Assembly: GCF_028641065.1 (NCBI RefSeq)
Contig: NC_073396.1
Location: 10,602,001-10,666,000 of the forward strand
From: Leucoraja erinacea
Lineage: Eukaryota
Length of the DNA: 64,000 nucleotides
Direction: 5' to 3'
Each line of letters starts with the position of its first letter. Position 1 is the first letter of the stretch. Made by a program: the position numbers and the translations under genes. The notes below the pieces were generated by a model. That model made no database searches, was not told the origin of the DNA, and saw only the letters and a program-made list of their open reading frames with translations. Below, one piece after another: positions 11,367 to 26,400 of this stretch.

Positions 11367-11449
11367 CTAGCCATTATTAGTGGCATAGAAACGGAGAAAA
11401 CCAACCAGAGCTGCTTCTCCATAGACAGTCTGATGTTTTGAGCATTTAC
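11367..11449 (-). CDS. C16orf89: C16orf89-like last coding exon ([27 protein letters not shown])
   Basis: Acceptor cctttcag, TAG stop at 11367-11369. Confidence 0.8.
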
Positions 11450-14400
11450 CTGAAAGGAAGTAAAGATTTTAATTGTCATATCTCTGCAGGTAAAAATTCA
11501 TATCTATTAGTTGGACTTCACAGATTTGTTAGACATGTAATAGTTTCAATTATACAAAGATGTACAAAATATTAATATTCTTATCCTTTGCATGAAATAA
11601 TGGCTCAACATGTGGATGGCATATCTCAGTGTTGGAGTGAATATATTTTTACGCCAAACGCAAATTAGGAAACTTAAACCTAGCCTGTTTAACCTGCCCT
11701 TACAAACTAACCATAGAAAGCTTAAGTAAAAAATTGTTGGCATATAGCAAAAAGGTTACTGTTAAAAGTTAGTCAGCCAATGATAGTTTTATGTTTTCAG
11801 AACAGTGATAAATGTCTAACTCATAGTGAAATGATTACCAATGATAGCAAATGAGATACTAGCACCAACTCTAGTACACAACATTCTGTGTGCTTATTGT
11901 CTTAAATTAGTTAGAAAGGACTGAAGCTTCTGCTGGTGGAACCTATACCCAAATAATCAATGGTACTCTATTGTCACATGTACCAAAGTACATTAAATGT
12001 ATTTTTTTGTATATGGTTCAGTAAAACTCTTACTATATATAGGCACCATTATTATCAAGTACAATAGTGTAAGGATAGTTGATTACACTGAGGCTGTACA
12101 CAAGGGTCGCCACGTTGCTGGCCTCATCTTCTACCCTTCAAGCACAAAAACACAAAAAAACAAACACACAAAGACAATGTGTTCATAATCTTTAAAATAG
12201 GCTACAACTGCTTTGCACATATAGCTTTTCTTATTTCTAGGCTGCACAGTGGCGTAAGCGATAGAGCGGATGCCTCACAATGCCAGAGAACCGGGTTTGA
12301 TCCTAACCTTGCGTGCTGTCTGTGCAGAATTTGTCTGTCTCCCTGTGACCATGTAGGTTTTCTCTGGGTGTTCTGGTTTCATGCAACATTCCAAAGGCAT
12401 GCAGGTTTGTGGGTTAATTCGCTTCTATAAGTTCCCCTTAGTGCGTAGGATGCAAAAGTGGGATAACGTAGAACTAGTGATGCTTGATGGTTGGTGTGGA
12501 CTTCGTGGGCCGAAGGGCCTGTTTCCATGCTATATTTCTAAACTAAATTAAAGCTAATTTCAGAAAAAATAGCAAGTTGCAAAGTCACGATTTTGACCCA
12601 GCAACAGACGTACAGCAATAGATTTCCAAGTAAGGATGGACAGTCACTTGCAGCAGAATTTGCACTTTCTCAAATATACCCTGCATATTTATTTCCATTT
12701 CGTAGATACCACAGTTTGATGAAGTATCATTGCAGAAACTTGGCAAGTTACAATGGTGCATTTTGAAGTTAATATGTACTGTAACTTTACTTTTTTTGTA
12801 GGATATGGGTGTTGCTGGAGGGTTATTATTTGTTGCCCATTGCTAATTATCCTGGAAATGATGGTGATGAGCCACCCTCTTGATCTGTCGCAGTTTTGAC
12901 ACAGGTCCTACCCCAAGTGATGTTGGATAGGGAGTTGAGTAGACTGATCAACAACGGGCGAAACAGAAAGATATTTCTAGGTCAAGATGGGTTGTAATTT
13001 GGATAAGATGGGTTGTGATGCCTCTTTGCCACAAGGTCTATCTGTGACTTCACTTCTGTTAAGGCTGAAGACCTGCCTAATTTTATGTGAAATACAAAGC
13101 ATGAATTGTGGGGAAACATTCACCATTTTCAACAGAATGCATATGTGTCATTATATGTTTAAAAATATATTTCACGTTTTAATTTTAAGATGTTCGCACT
13201 TTTCTAGACTGGTGGGGTTGACTATATCCAAGAAAAATCTAAGTGAAACTGGGGGGTTATGGGTGAAAATGCCTCTACATTAACTCTGAAAACGCCTTCT
13301 CATTCTTCTGAACTCCAGTGGATTCAAGCACAACTTGAACAACCGTTTCTGATAACACCTCTGCCCATTGCAGGTATTAGTCGTGTAAACTTGGTCGAAA
13401 CTGCTACCAAAACATTATGATCTTTCTTCAGGCAAGGAGTACAAAAGGATTCTTGGCACATCAGATGTGGTCTCACAAATACCTAGTGTAACTGAAATTT
13501 AGTTTCATGAAACTTTGGTATTTATTTACTCTCACAATAAACTACCTGTATAACATGTTGTTGGCATTCCCAATTACTTGCTGTACCTGCATTCTATTCG
13601 CTTACTAGGACACCAAGAACACTACATCTCACTATTTAGATAATATGCTCATTTATTTTTCCTGCCAAGATGGGTAATTTCACATTTTCCCACATTATAT
13701 TCAATTTGCCACTCACTTGTTACATTTTATCAACCATATAAAAGTCCAATTGTGCCTACGCGCTGCTGGCCAGCCAGTCTTCTCCCCACACCATTATGTT
13801 AGTTCCTGCAGCACGAGATTTTATTTTCCTTTTTAACCTTTCATGTGATATTTTATCAAAGGCTTTCTGCAAATCCAAATACAGTAAGCTCTCGTTATAA
13901 TGGACCATAGGGTGAGGAATTGTTTCCGTTATTACTGAGTGTCCGCTATAACCAAGTACGGTATTATCATTGTATAAGTGGCAGAAACAAACAACTGCAG
14001 TTGCTGGTTAATGTACAAAAGGACACAAAGTGCTGGACACAAAGTAACTCAGCAGGTCAGGCAGCATCTCTGTAGATCATAGATAGGTGAGGTTTCAGGT
14101 CAAGACGTCTTCAGACACTTGGTCTTGAACTGGGCCTGGAATCCATGTGAGTTGACGGCCCCCGCCTGCCAGTGGCTGGGGGAGAGGTGAAGATCGGGAG
14201 AGTCAATGGTTGCAGCCTGTGAGCGGCCGGTGTCCACGTTAGGTGTGGCAGCAAGCGGCATGTGAGGTGGTTCAAGCGGATGTGGCATAGGCAGCCAGGG
14301 CTGTAAACGGCAGGGGTGGCTGTGCGAGCCAAGGTTGGCGTGGACAGTCAGGGTGGTGTGGGCTGCTGGGACTGCAAGTGGCAGGTGAGGTGAGCGGGTG

Positions 14401-17400
14401 TGACGTGGGCAGCCAGGACAGCAAGAGGCATGGGAGGTGGTGCAAGCCAGAGCTGGCTTGGGCAGCCAGGGCTGTAAGCGGCAGGAGAGACGGTGTGAGC
14501 TGGGGTTGGAGTAGACAGTCAGGGTGGCGTGGGCAACTAGGACTGTAAGCAACTGATGAGGGGGTGCGAGCCGAGGTTGGCGTCAGCAGTCATCTGTTGG
14601 TCCGACCACTATGACCGAAATCAGTTATAAAGAGGTCCAAAAAAAAAAGTTTACTGTAAAATACATACACCGGTTCCCTTTCAGTACAGCATTTGTGGAT
14701 TATTCAAAGGACTTCAATAATTTAGTCAAACAAATTCCTTTTAACAAAGGCACATTGACTTTGTTGAATTCCCTTGAATTTTTCTAAATAACTTGTTTGG
14801 TAACAGCTTTGAACATTTTCCCTTTGACTGATATTAAGCTAATTGTCATATAATTTATTTTCTTTCACTTTTCCTTCACGAATAAAGGAAAAAATTTAAG
14901 ATCAGGCAGATCGATCACAATTCAGCCATGATCTCACTGAAAGGCAAAGGATTAAAAGGCCAGCTCCTGTTCTTCGTCCTCTACTCTCGTATGGTCAGCA
15001 AATTTAACAGGTTGGTGGAAGTTGTTTGTTTCTGGCACATGAACAGTCGTTTCCATTTTAAACGATGAATATTAATCAATCAACTCACCATTAACGTCAA
15101 AGCAACCTAATTTTTGCTGCCACGACAGAATGGTTGTATACCACCTGGGCTTGTAAAAGTCAGAATATCCCATCATCCCACAAAGCGAAACTGCATAAAA
15201 TATACATTTAGTCAGAAAATTTGATCATAAACAATTAACGTTCAATCATGAATACTACATGCCATTGCTAATAGATCTCATACTCTTTGCTGTTCTCTGG
15301 AAACAAAGTTGGAGAGAAAAAAAACATTTAATAATGTAATCATTGATAATTTTATCATCAATTAAAACATCATAGCCACGGCAGTTCAGGAACAAGGCTA
15401 ACAGAGCAACTAAAGAACATCAATTATCACAATCTTAACCGTGCATTATTGGAGAATAATTATAGAAACATTTGACCCAAGGCCACAGCAGGAGATCATT
15501 GCAGGGATGAGTTCCCTAATATTTAGTGGATAACTGTACTAAATCCTATTGAGCCGTGCCATTAAATCAGGCTCACCACTGTTTTGCCAGTTGGGTTCCT
15601 TTAATCAGCATTTAATTAAGTATAGAAAAAGTGGAGTATTGCAGGATAAAAATAATTGACTGGAGGAAAGCTAATGTGAATGGCTAGAAAGTGAATCTGG
15701 CCCAATTAAACTGTAGAACAGGCAACTGCTTTTCAGGTACAGTGGAAGCGCATTCCGTTGAGAAGAAAAAATAAAAACAAATTAGGGTCCCCTGGCGATG
15801 AAAGAGAGGGAGAATAAGCAATAGAACAAGATGCTTGCAACAAGTACAGGTTTGTAAATAACAGTAGGTATCAGGCTAATTGCAAACGGATCACAATAAC
15901 AATTAATCTAAGAGGGGCGATGGGAACTTTTGCGAATTGTCATATAGCAAAGCGGGACAGGGAAGAAAGGAACATTGATTGAAAATTTACAAAGTTCATT
16001 AAATAACAGAACACAGGATTACAGTGATTTTATTTTCATACTGAAGGAAGATGAATAGTGATGTTTCCTTGTTATTGTTAGACCATTTTTTTAACAATGT
16101 TTTGAAAAGCTACAAAGTTGCTGTCCCACGTCATACTCCACACCTCTACCTTCCTCATTACCCTATCTACCTGCTACTTTCAAGGACCTATTGACTTGCA
16201 CCTCAAGGACTCACTGTACATCAACGCACCTTAGGTCCCTACCATTTCTGCAAGAAATTCACTTGCTAACGTGTTTAAAGTCCATCTGCCACCACTTCAC
16301 CCAACTTTGCAGCTGATCTATCTCCTATTGTATCCCTAGACAAACTTTCTTCATTATCACTCCACTAAACTGCAAACTAAGATGCAAGTATGTTTGATGC
16401 TAGAGTGACGAATTTGCCCAAATGATGGGATAGTCCCAGCCTCAACCACCTCCCCCGGCAGCACGCTCCACACACCCACCACCCTCTGTGTGAAAAAGCC
16501 ACCCCTCAGATTCCTAGCAAACCTTTTCCCCTTCACCTTGAACCTATGTCCTCTGGTCCCCGATTCCCCTTATATACTCACATCTCCATAAAGGAAATTG
16601 ACAAGTTATATTTTATTACTTAATTAATATTGACAGTTACATGGACATTTAGGCAGGTTCAGGGGCTGGACTGGTTTAGAGGGATATGGACCAAAGGCAA
16701 AGCAGGTGGGACAAGATGCTGCCTGTCCTGCTGAGTTACTCCAGGATTTTGTGTCTACCTTCGATTTAAACCAGTTTCTGCAGTTCTTTCCTACACATAT
16801 CGGACCAAATGCAGGCAGGTGGAACAAGTGTAGATGGTACTTATTGGCCGGTGTGGGCAAGTTGGTCCGATGGGCCTGTTTCCACGCTGTATGCCTCTTA
16901 TGACTCCACTTGTGTCACTTTCTGTGTATCAGACACACGTCAAGAAAAAGCATACATCACTATTAGCATGTAAGAAGTTATCGCATGAGCCCACACTGCC
17001 ATCTGCTGCTGCACATTGTGTGTGTGTTTTTATTAAATGAGGATGTATAAACAGGATGTATTTTAAACATCCGACAATTAGGTGAAAATAAATATTAACA
17101 AATATTTTACATTTAAATCTCACATAATAGTAAACATTATTGGTGAAATGGAACACTAGGATGAGCAAAAAGGGTACTAATTTCTGAAAGTATTCAGTAA
17201 GAACACGTCCAGTGCAGCTGAATAGTGCAGCTGGTGGAGGCACTGCCACTTTGTGCCAAAGATCCAACTTCAATCCTCACCTCAGGTACTGTCTGCAAAG
17301 TTTACACATTCTTCCAGTGACAGCATGGGTCAAGTCTAGGTACTCCGGTTTCCTTCCGCATCCCAAAGACATGTGGCTTTGTAGGACATATGCTTGAGGA

Positions 17401-20400
17401 TTTAGACCAGGCCATTGCAGAATCCTCTGTTCAGAACTCATCTCCACCGCATTTCCACAAAAAAATTGTGATTGAATGCTAATGACATTGAATGGTGGGT
17501 GTACGGAACAAGCTGCCCGAGGAGGTAGCTGAGGCTGGGTCTATCCCAATGTTTAAGAAACAGTTAGACAGGTACATGGATAGGACAAGTTTAGAGTGAT
17601 ATGGACCAAATGCAGGCAGGTGGGACTAGTATAGTTGGGGCATGTTGGCGAGTGTGGGCAAGTTGGGCCAAAGGGCCTGTTTCCACACTGTATCACTTTA
17701 TGACTATGATAAGTAGTGTTCCACAGGAATCAGTGCTGAGACCCTTGTTATTGGTCATATACGCAAGTGATGAGTATGGGGATGAAGGCGGTATAATCAG
17801 CCAGTTCTCAGATGACACAAAGATTATTGCAGTTGACAGTGTGGAAGGGAGTCGTGGGCTACAAATGATCTTGATATGCAAGTGAAATGGGTGGAGAATT
17901 GGCAGGTGAAGTTTAATCCTGATATGAGGAGAGACTGGAGAGGTTTCTCTATTTTCCCTGGAGCGAAGAAGGTTAAGAAAGTACCTAAAATTATTAGTGG
18001 CACAGATAGAAAAGCCTTTTCCACATACCAAAGGTAAATAAACTAGAGGACATAGATTTAAGGTAAGGGATAAAATATTTAGAGGGGATTGTCACTTTAC
18101 CTCCCCCCTCGAATCCATCCAAAGACCCAAGTAGTCTTTCCAGGTGAGGTAGAGGTTCACCTGCACCTCCTCCAACCTGATCTATTGCAGCCGCTGTTCT
18201 AGGTGTCAACTGCTCTACATTGGCGTAGGCGTAGGCGATCGCTTCGCCCAACAGCTCCGCTCAGTTTGCATTAACCAACCTGATCTCCCGGTGGCTCAGC
18301 ACTTCAACTCCCCCTCCCATTCTGAATCCAACCCTTCTGTCCTGGGTCTCCTCCATGGCCATTCCCACCGCAAATTGGAGGAGCAGTACCTCAAATTTCG
18401 CTTGGGTAGTTTACACCCCAATGGTATGAACATTGACCTCCAATTTCAGGTAGTCCTTGCTTTCTCCCACCTTCCCCTTCCCTTCCCAGCTCTCCCACAT
18501 CCTACTTTCTCCGCCTCTTCCTTTCTTTTTCCTGCCGCCCCCCCAACCCCCACCCCCACATCAGTCTGAAGAAGGGTCTCAACCCGAATCGTCACCTATT
18601 CCTTCGCTCCATAAATGCTGCCTCACCCGCTGAGTTTCTCCAGCATTTTTGTCTATCTCAAATATTTAGAGGGGATCTGGGAGAGACATTTCTCACTGAG
18701 TACTTAGAATATAATTCAAGAGAGAGTTGCAGTAGAGTGGCTGACAGCATTCAAGAAGTGTCGGGAGGGTAACTTGAATTTCCCAGGTGTAGAAGACTCT
18801 GGGCTAAGTGGTGAAAGATAAGAGAAGATGGATGGGTCCCACTGATCAGCATGGACGTGATGGGCCAAATGATCTGTTTTCAAGCAATATGACTTTATGA
18901 CCATCCCCTTTGAACCCTTGCGAATAGTAATAGTCTTTCCCCCAAACTCTGGATTCTCAATAAATAATTCCAGTCTTTGCCATCCCAGTCTCCCCGAGAA
19001 ATATTGCAGGTCTCCAGTGAGAACAACTCTGATGTCCCTATCCTGCCTTGGGAAACAAAATCTGGGCAGCACATTTTTCCCTTGCCTCAAGCAAGCCAAG
19101 CCTTAAGACTAAATATCTGTGCCACTGTTGCGTGATCTGTTGAACGCACTAACATTTCGAGACCCTCATGCACAAAATGATCGACTTTGCAAACATTTAC
19201 AAGATCAAGCACCCATTTTCATTTTTCAATTTTATCTTAACAATTCTTCCTAAGTTTAAACCACTTACTGTTTTCTAGAAATATATTACGTTGAGCAGGT
19301 GGAAAACCATTCTTATCAATTTCCATGTTTACTTCCATCATTTTCATGCAGAGGACTTCCTTATAACTCATTTGAGCATCTGTCACTGGGTGCTGAAATC
19401 CTTGAACATTTGAGCAACACATCTACAAATTGAATTGAAAAGTAGAACATTTCAAAGGATAATTCATGCTTTTAGAAACAGACAAAAGATTGATGTTGCA
19501 CTGAAGTCCTCAAATTTAACACCCAATACTTTCTCCTCCCACTGCCATTGCACTGATTGTCTAGAGTACCTGCTGATGGGTCACAGACAAGAAATTTAAC
19601 AGTGCTATAATAGCCAAGACCAAAGGTCCAATCTGCACTTTATAAATCACAAGATGTTCTTCAGTGATAAAGTACTCATCCTTCCCAAATGTTCAAGCCG
19701 TTCCCACAACAACCATGAAACCAGCTCTGGGAACGGCACTGTCACTGGTTGAGGTCCAATTGTGGAAGAGGTGAACACAATGCACAGTATCCTTATCACA
19801 AATCAATAATAGATGATGCAGCATAACTTCTATTTAAAACAGAATAAATTACTGTTACTAAAATTACTATCTTCAGTAGTAACTAGACCAAGTGCAGACC
19901 CATTAGGTCTGTTACCCCAACGCAACCGGTCCCAAACCGTAGCCCCACGGGAGGTGTGATCCTCCAACTCAAACCGTTCCCGAACGTAAGATTCCAGCAC
20001 TCCCCTTGCCTTCCTCAGCAGTGATCTTAAAAAAAAATTCCAATTGCACCTGTCCTGCATGTAGCAATAGCAATTCGCCCTCCCCCACTAGTCGAGCCAT
20101 TGTGACGTCATCAGTTGAAGCTGTTCTGCTTGAAATTAAAGGTATATTGATGTTTTAAAACTTTAATCCATAATAAGTGGGAAATAAAGCATAAACGGAT
20201 CAGTGAAAGTGATCTCTGCTTCGAGGGGAAAAATGTTAATCAGAATATGTAAAAATCTTGTGAAAGTTGCCATTTTTAAAGCTTTAATCGCGAATAACGT
20301 GTCAAATATAGGATGAAATCTTCATTGAGGCTGGTCTCTGCTAGCTGAGCCATTGTGATGTCATCATTTGAAGGTGGTTTTAATTTCAAAGTCTTTTGAC

Positions 20401-23400
20401 GTTTTTAGACTTTTAATCAGTAATGAGTTGAGAACAGGTCGAGAAATAAAGCATGAAATGTTCAGATAAAGTGATCCCCACCTCGACGGGAAAAATGTCA
20501 ATCGAAATATGTAAAAATGTAAGCGTTACCGCCTAGCGTTTTTGCGCAGATGTAAAGACAACCACATATATACACACACATATGCACATATACACACTAC
20601 CAAGATCAGTCTTTTAATAACTAAATGATAAAGTATGCAGAAACGTCCTGCTGTAAAATGCTGCCGCCTTATGTCTATATTTTTGATAAATAATGGTGCC
20701 TTCGATAGAGGATATTTTAATTTGATGAGGGACGGAAGGTGATGATTAACTTTCACTTTAGTATCACAGTACATTCTGACCCAGTAACTTTCCAAGATTT
20801 CATCTGTTATACAGAAACTGAACCTCAAAGCTATTCAGTTGAGAAACACAGTACGTGGCAATAGTCAAAGACGTTTTCTGTGTGATTGGAATTGTAGGTA
20901 AAAGCATATGGACTGATTCTAGGGAATCTCAGTAGGTAATTAGCTTTGCTTTGGTCACCAAAAGCATTTCAACCCTGATTGGGCAGGAAGATGGTTGGTC
21001 CAGGTGATTTATTGCAGTGTTTGTGAAGTAAAGTGCTCAAAGACTTTTCATTCTCATTTTCATGAGTCAACCTTGGGATAGACTCGTTTTTTCTGACTGT
21101 ACGTAACTAATGCCCTATAAATTGAGGCAGGCATTATATTTACTATACAAGGAATTATTACAGTAATAGATGCAACTGTTTTATCAATCAATGCTATTAT
21201 TGAGTCAATGATTTTCCTTACCATCTCGGCAACAGTAAAGTACAGGAACTGTTGTAACATGGAGTGTATTGGGCAACTTAGTATTACCGACAACTTCCTG
21301 CATTTCAAAGTTTCCGTGCACTCCACATCAGCTTTCTGCCTTAATTTTTAAAGAATAAAAAATATTCACATTATTTGTTTTTGTGGATTATGGTAATAGC
21401 AGCTCATGTGAAATTATATTATTAACTTATCACCCTGTAAAAATAATTATTACTGTCTCTCATTCAAAGCCAGGTTTCCACACCCATTTATTTTCTATGC
21501 AGATTGACATAGAAATAAGAATGGTTTCTGAAGCATTGACACTTTTCTGCATTTATCTGGGGTGATAATGCTACCGTTCTGTCATCCCTGAGTGAAGCTG
21601 CCGGTGTTTGCTGTTCTCTTGGTATTGGTATATTATTGTTATGTGTACTGAGATACAGTGAAAAAGCTTTTGTTTGAGTGCTATCCAATTAAATCATGTC
21701 ATACTATACACGAGTACAATCAAATCATATACAACTACAGCAGGTAGTACAAAGGGAACAATAACAGAGTGTAAAATATAGCTTTACAGCATTGTAGTGT
21801 TACCGTTATAGAGAAAAAGTCCATTGTCGCTACGAAGGATGGTTGGAAGATCGGGATTAGCTCTAAAGTGTGTGAGAACTGTTCTTAATCTGAGAACAAA
21901 GGCAAGTAAACTGTGCCCGAGTCTGAAGGTGTGTGCTTTCAAGCTTTTGTATCATTTGCCTGATAGTTTGAGGTACAATTTTACCTGACTTTATTGGATT
22001 CACATTCTTATTATAATTCCCTCCCCCAAAAGCAATTCAGTGATTTAAAATCAGGAGCTAAATGTTTAGATTAGGTACAGTTCCTCGAGTAGATTCTTCA
22101 TTGTGGGCCAGCTCTTGCCCAGTTTTTCATAAAATTTGTGGTGACCACAAACAAACCTGCTATTATGGGATTCAATTGCAATAACCCTAGCAGATTAGAG
22201 AAATTGTCAAAGAAGCGGTAGGAAAAAAATGTTTAATCATAACTACAAGAACACGTGAAATAGGAATAGGAGCCATCTTTCATACATTTAAACCTGCTGT
22301 GCTATTCAGTAAGATCATGGGTGATCTGAGCTTGACCTCGTCTCCATTTTCCTGTCTGATCTCCATAACTGCACTATTGTACTTTGCCCTATTTATTGTA
22401 CTTGATTGTATTAATGTGTAGTCGTAACTGATCTGATTGAATAACATGCAAATCAATCTTGCAAACAAACCAGGTATCAGCAAGGCAAATTTTGTTGCTG
22501 GCCTTCATAGGAAGAGGAATTGAGTGCAGAAACCGGGATAATTTACTGACATCTCGAGCTCAGTGTTTAATTAACTTTTTTGCCACTTGTAACAAGGTAC
22601 AATGAAAAGCTTTTGTTGCGTGCTAATCGGTGTACAGTTTTGGTCTCTTTATCTGAGGAAGGATGTTCATGCTGTGGGGAGAGTGCACTGAAGAATCACC
22701 AGATCGATTCCACTGATGTTGGCATGAATAATAGCCTGGACAATTGGGCTTATATTTGCTAGAATAGATGAATGAGAGGAACCCTCGTTGAGACTTATTA
22801 AGTCCTGACTAGACTGTGCAGCTCAGGTGGACAGTGGGAAGTTCAGTTCCACGGACCACAGCCCAAGGGTACAGAGTAATTCATTCGCTTGGAGGAAAAC
22901 ATTCCTGACCAAAAGAATGGTACACCCGTGAAATTCTCTGCCACAGAAGGAAGCCAAAATCAATGTATTACATATATTAATGACGGAGATAGATATGGTT
23001 CAAAAGGCTAAGGAAATCAAGGGATTAGGAGTGAAGGCAGAACAGGTTACTTAATTTTCATGTTCAGCCATCATCACATAGAAATGGTATAGAAGGCTCA
23101 CTGGCTTGATTGGCCATCTCCAGCATCCACTTTTTAATCTTTCTTTGATCTCACAAAAGTAACCATCTAAACTAGGAATGGTAAAATAAGAGCAGAGCTG
23201 TCAGTTTATCATGTTTAACAGATATATCAGGATGAAAACTTAAGCCTCAAACATCTCTCACAAATACATCACCAAGCTAAAATTACAATTGATGCCATAT
23301 AAAATATTGATAAAATCATTAAGCTGTAATTAAATTCTTGAAAGTCTTGAACCCTGATTAATAGAACAACATATTGTTTACTTGGTTTCAGCCTAGAGAA

Positions 23401-26400
23401 AATTTACATTTTGTATTGAAAAGAGATATTGATATGATGTTTGAAGAATTGTTAAAGTTATGTTAAGTGTTTCATTGTCGTGGTCCGTATTAGGAGAGTT
23501 ATGATACGTATTTTCCCTACTAGAGTGGACCTTTATCTGTTGTACAGTACAAACAATTTATAGAAGCAAAGACAGGACATACCAAGCAGTCATTAGATGA
23601 GTGAGGCATGGCTTCATGGAAGGATCGTCAGGACACTCTGGGCCTTTCTCTTCAACCTTAACTTGTGCTTTTTGTGTTGTTTTCCATCGACCACTTAGAG
23701 TCCAAAAATTTACATTTTGCAAATTTGAATAGACTAGGCAAAGAAATAAAATATCCCAATATCAATAATTATTAGCAAAATCAAAATGAAACTGCAAACT
23801 CTTGTGATAAAATCTCAGATTATCTTATCCAATAATATGATTCTCAGGTTTGAGTCAATCTTCCTGTGGTGCTACTTTCAATGAACCGGGTATTTTTACT
23901 ACTAAATCACTATGCTATACAATACTTACCGGGAGTCTGTAATGGTCCTGTTCTCATTCTTCTTCCCAAAATGCAGAACTTCACATTTATCTGAATTAAA
24001 CTTTATTTGAAATTCTTTGGCCCATTTGCCCAATTGATCAAGATTCTGGAAGTGGCGGCGCTGTTGAACAGATGCGGCTCGCCTGCAGTCTGTCTGTTTT
24101 TACTTTTTTTGTTGAGTTTTTTTGTCTTGTTTTAGTTCATTTTAATTTATTAGGTTGTGTTATGTGGGTTGGGGTGAAACATGTTTTTTTGTCTCTTCCT
24201 TTGGGGGAATGTGACTCTTTTTGTCGTATCCCCCTTCTCTGCCTCCGTCTGCTCGGGGCTGAGGCGTTCTCCACTCTCACAAAACTGCACTCAAATTGCA
24301 GCCTAAACCTTGCACTCGAGGCTCCAGAGCAGGTTAAGACAATCCGGCCTTCAGACTTGGAGATTAGAATGTCATAGATACAGTTGACATCCAGTAAAAG
24401 GGTGTTTAATAAGGATATGGAACTCTTAGTTCTCAAGGAACGTACTTAGAAATTAGAATAATTAGGGATGGTATTTGGAAACTAGAATTTTCTGCGTGAT
24501 TTTTATAAAGCTTTATTGTGAAATAAAACTAGCCAACATACTTGCAGGAGGTGGATATGTGTACTTGATTGCAGACAACTACACTGCATGGGAGTTTTAC
24601 CTCAAGAAGGCTTTGGTGCATGTGAGGAAATGGTTGATTTTACTCGTCCCAACCCCAGCATGACTGAAAGTTGAATTGGAAAAAGACCCACTGAACAACC
24701 TGCCAGAAGAGGTTGGAGGAAGGAAAGAAAGCCTATCCTTCAGGGTCATTCTAGCAACACATCTCCAACATACAACTTCCTGAACATCAGTAATATGAGA
24801 AAATGCTGGACACACTCAGCAGGCTTGACCAATTTTCATCTCCTTCTTGAATGAAGGACACAGTCATAGTAGGCTTCTCCTCAGCATAAGGGTCAATTGA
24901 CTGAAAGGCTTAATATTAAAGGGTCCCCAAAAAACAACCTGCCCTTTAAGCAACACAGTGGCGTAACTAGTAGAGTTGCTGCCACACCGCTGCAGTAGCC
25001 TAGGTTCAATCTTTTCAGCCAATGCTGCCTGTGTGGAGTTTGCACATTCTCCATGTGACCATTTGGGATTTCTCTGGATGCTCCACAATACAAGGATTTG
25101 TGGGTAGGTAGGTTAATTGGCCATTGTAAATTGCCCCTAGTGCGTAAATTAATGGTAGATTCTCAGGCACAAAGGAAATGTGGGGAAAATAAAATGCGTT
25201 TGAGTAGGACTAGTATAAAAGTGGATGCTTGATAGATTCAATGGACCAAAGGGTATTTTTTTCAAGGCCATGACTCCCTGGCTATGACTATACTAGCACC
25301 ACAAGGAGATATTGCTCCCTTAAATGTTTACGTTGTGAGCAACACAAAAACATATTTTATGTGATTCACTTGGAAAGTTTGAACGATATCATCATAGTGA
25401 ACAGGCCCATAAGAAGCTTTCCAAAAAGGGGGGTGGCATGACAGGATTGCAAAAAATTTAATGTGAAATAGTGTGTGCGCTGCGCACATCATGAGCGCGA
25501 AGCATGAAGTCCCTCGATGCCAGGGTCCAAGCTCTGTAGTTTTAGATGGTCTCTGATGCATTTTGAGCCTTATTTTGGAGCATTTTTGCACCAAATTTAT
25601 GACCAATATTTCAGAAATTAACAGGAATCTGAGAGGTAGCTTTTTCACACAAAGGGTGCCGGGTGTATGGAACGAGCTGCCAGAGGAGGTAGTTAAGGCT
25701 GGGACTATCCTAATGTTTAAGAGACATTTGGATACGGTACATGGATAGGACAGATATATTAGATGGATATTTGGGCCAAATGCATGTGAGTGGGACTAGT
25801 TTGGATGGGACATGTTGGGCGGTGTGGGCATGTTGGGCTGAAGGGCCTGTTTCCACACTGCATCATTCTATGACTACAAAGTTAAGAAGAAAAATGCATG
25901 TAGATAAGTAGAGCAGATTTGAAAGAGGAGTGAAATGTAAAGGCAGAGAGAGGTTTATGTGTGGAAAGGAACATAGGAAAGGAGGGGGGAGAGTGGGCTT
26001 GTAACTCAGTAGGTCAGGCAGCATCTGCGGAGAATATGAATAGGCGACGTTTCACAGAGTGCTGGAGTAACTCAGCGGGTCAGGCAGCATCTCTGGAGAA
26101 CATGGATAGATGACATGTCACAGAGTGCTGGAGTAACTCAGTGTGTCAGGCAGCATATCTGGAGATTATATTTCGGGTCAAGACCGTTCTTCAGTAATAT
26201 TCATGACGTGGCATGCATAGACATTCCTGAATGTTACCCAAACCATCGTGAGCTACTTTGTTCCGGTGCTTGCTCTCTCCTATAATGTCTCTGCTGCCTT
26301 GGGTGATGCAGGACAGGACACAAGCTTTGGGACATGGTGTGAAGAGGTTGCAGTCTGTCCCAACCTGGTTAAAAACCTGGATGGTGTGGATGTGGAGAGG

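Noticed and set aside
12240-12320. tRNA-like A/B boxes
   Set aside because: SINE head; no cloverleaf, and it continues into the V-SINE core
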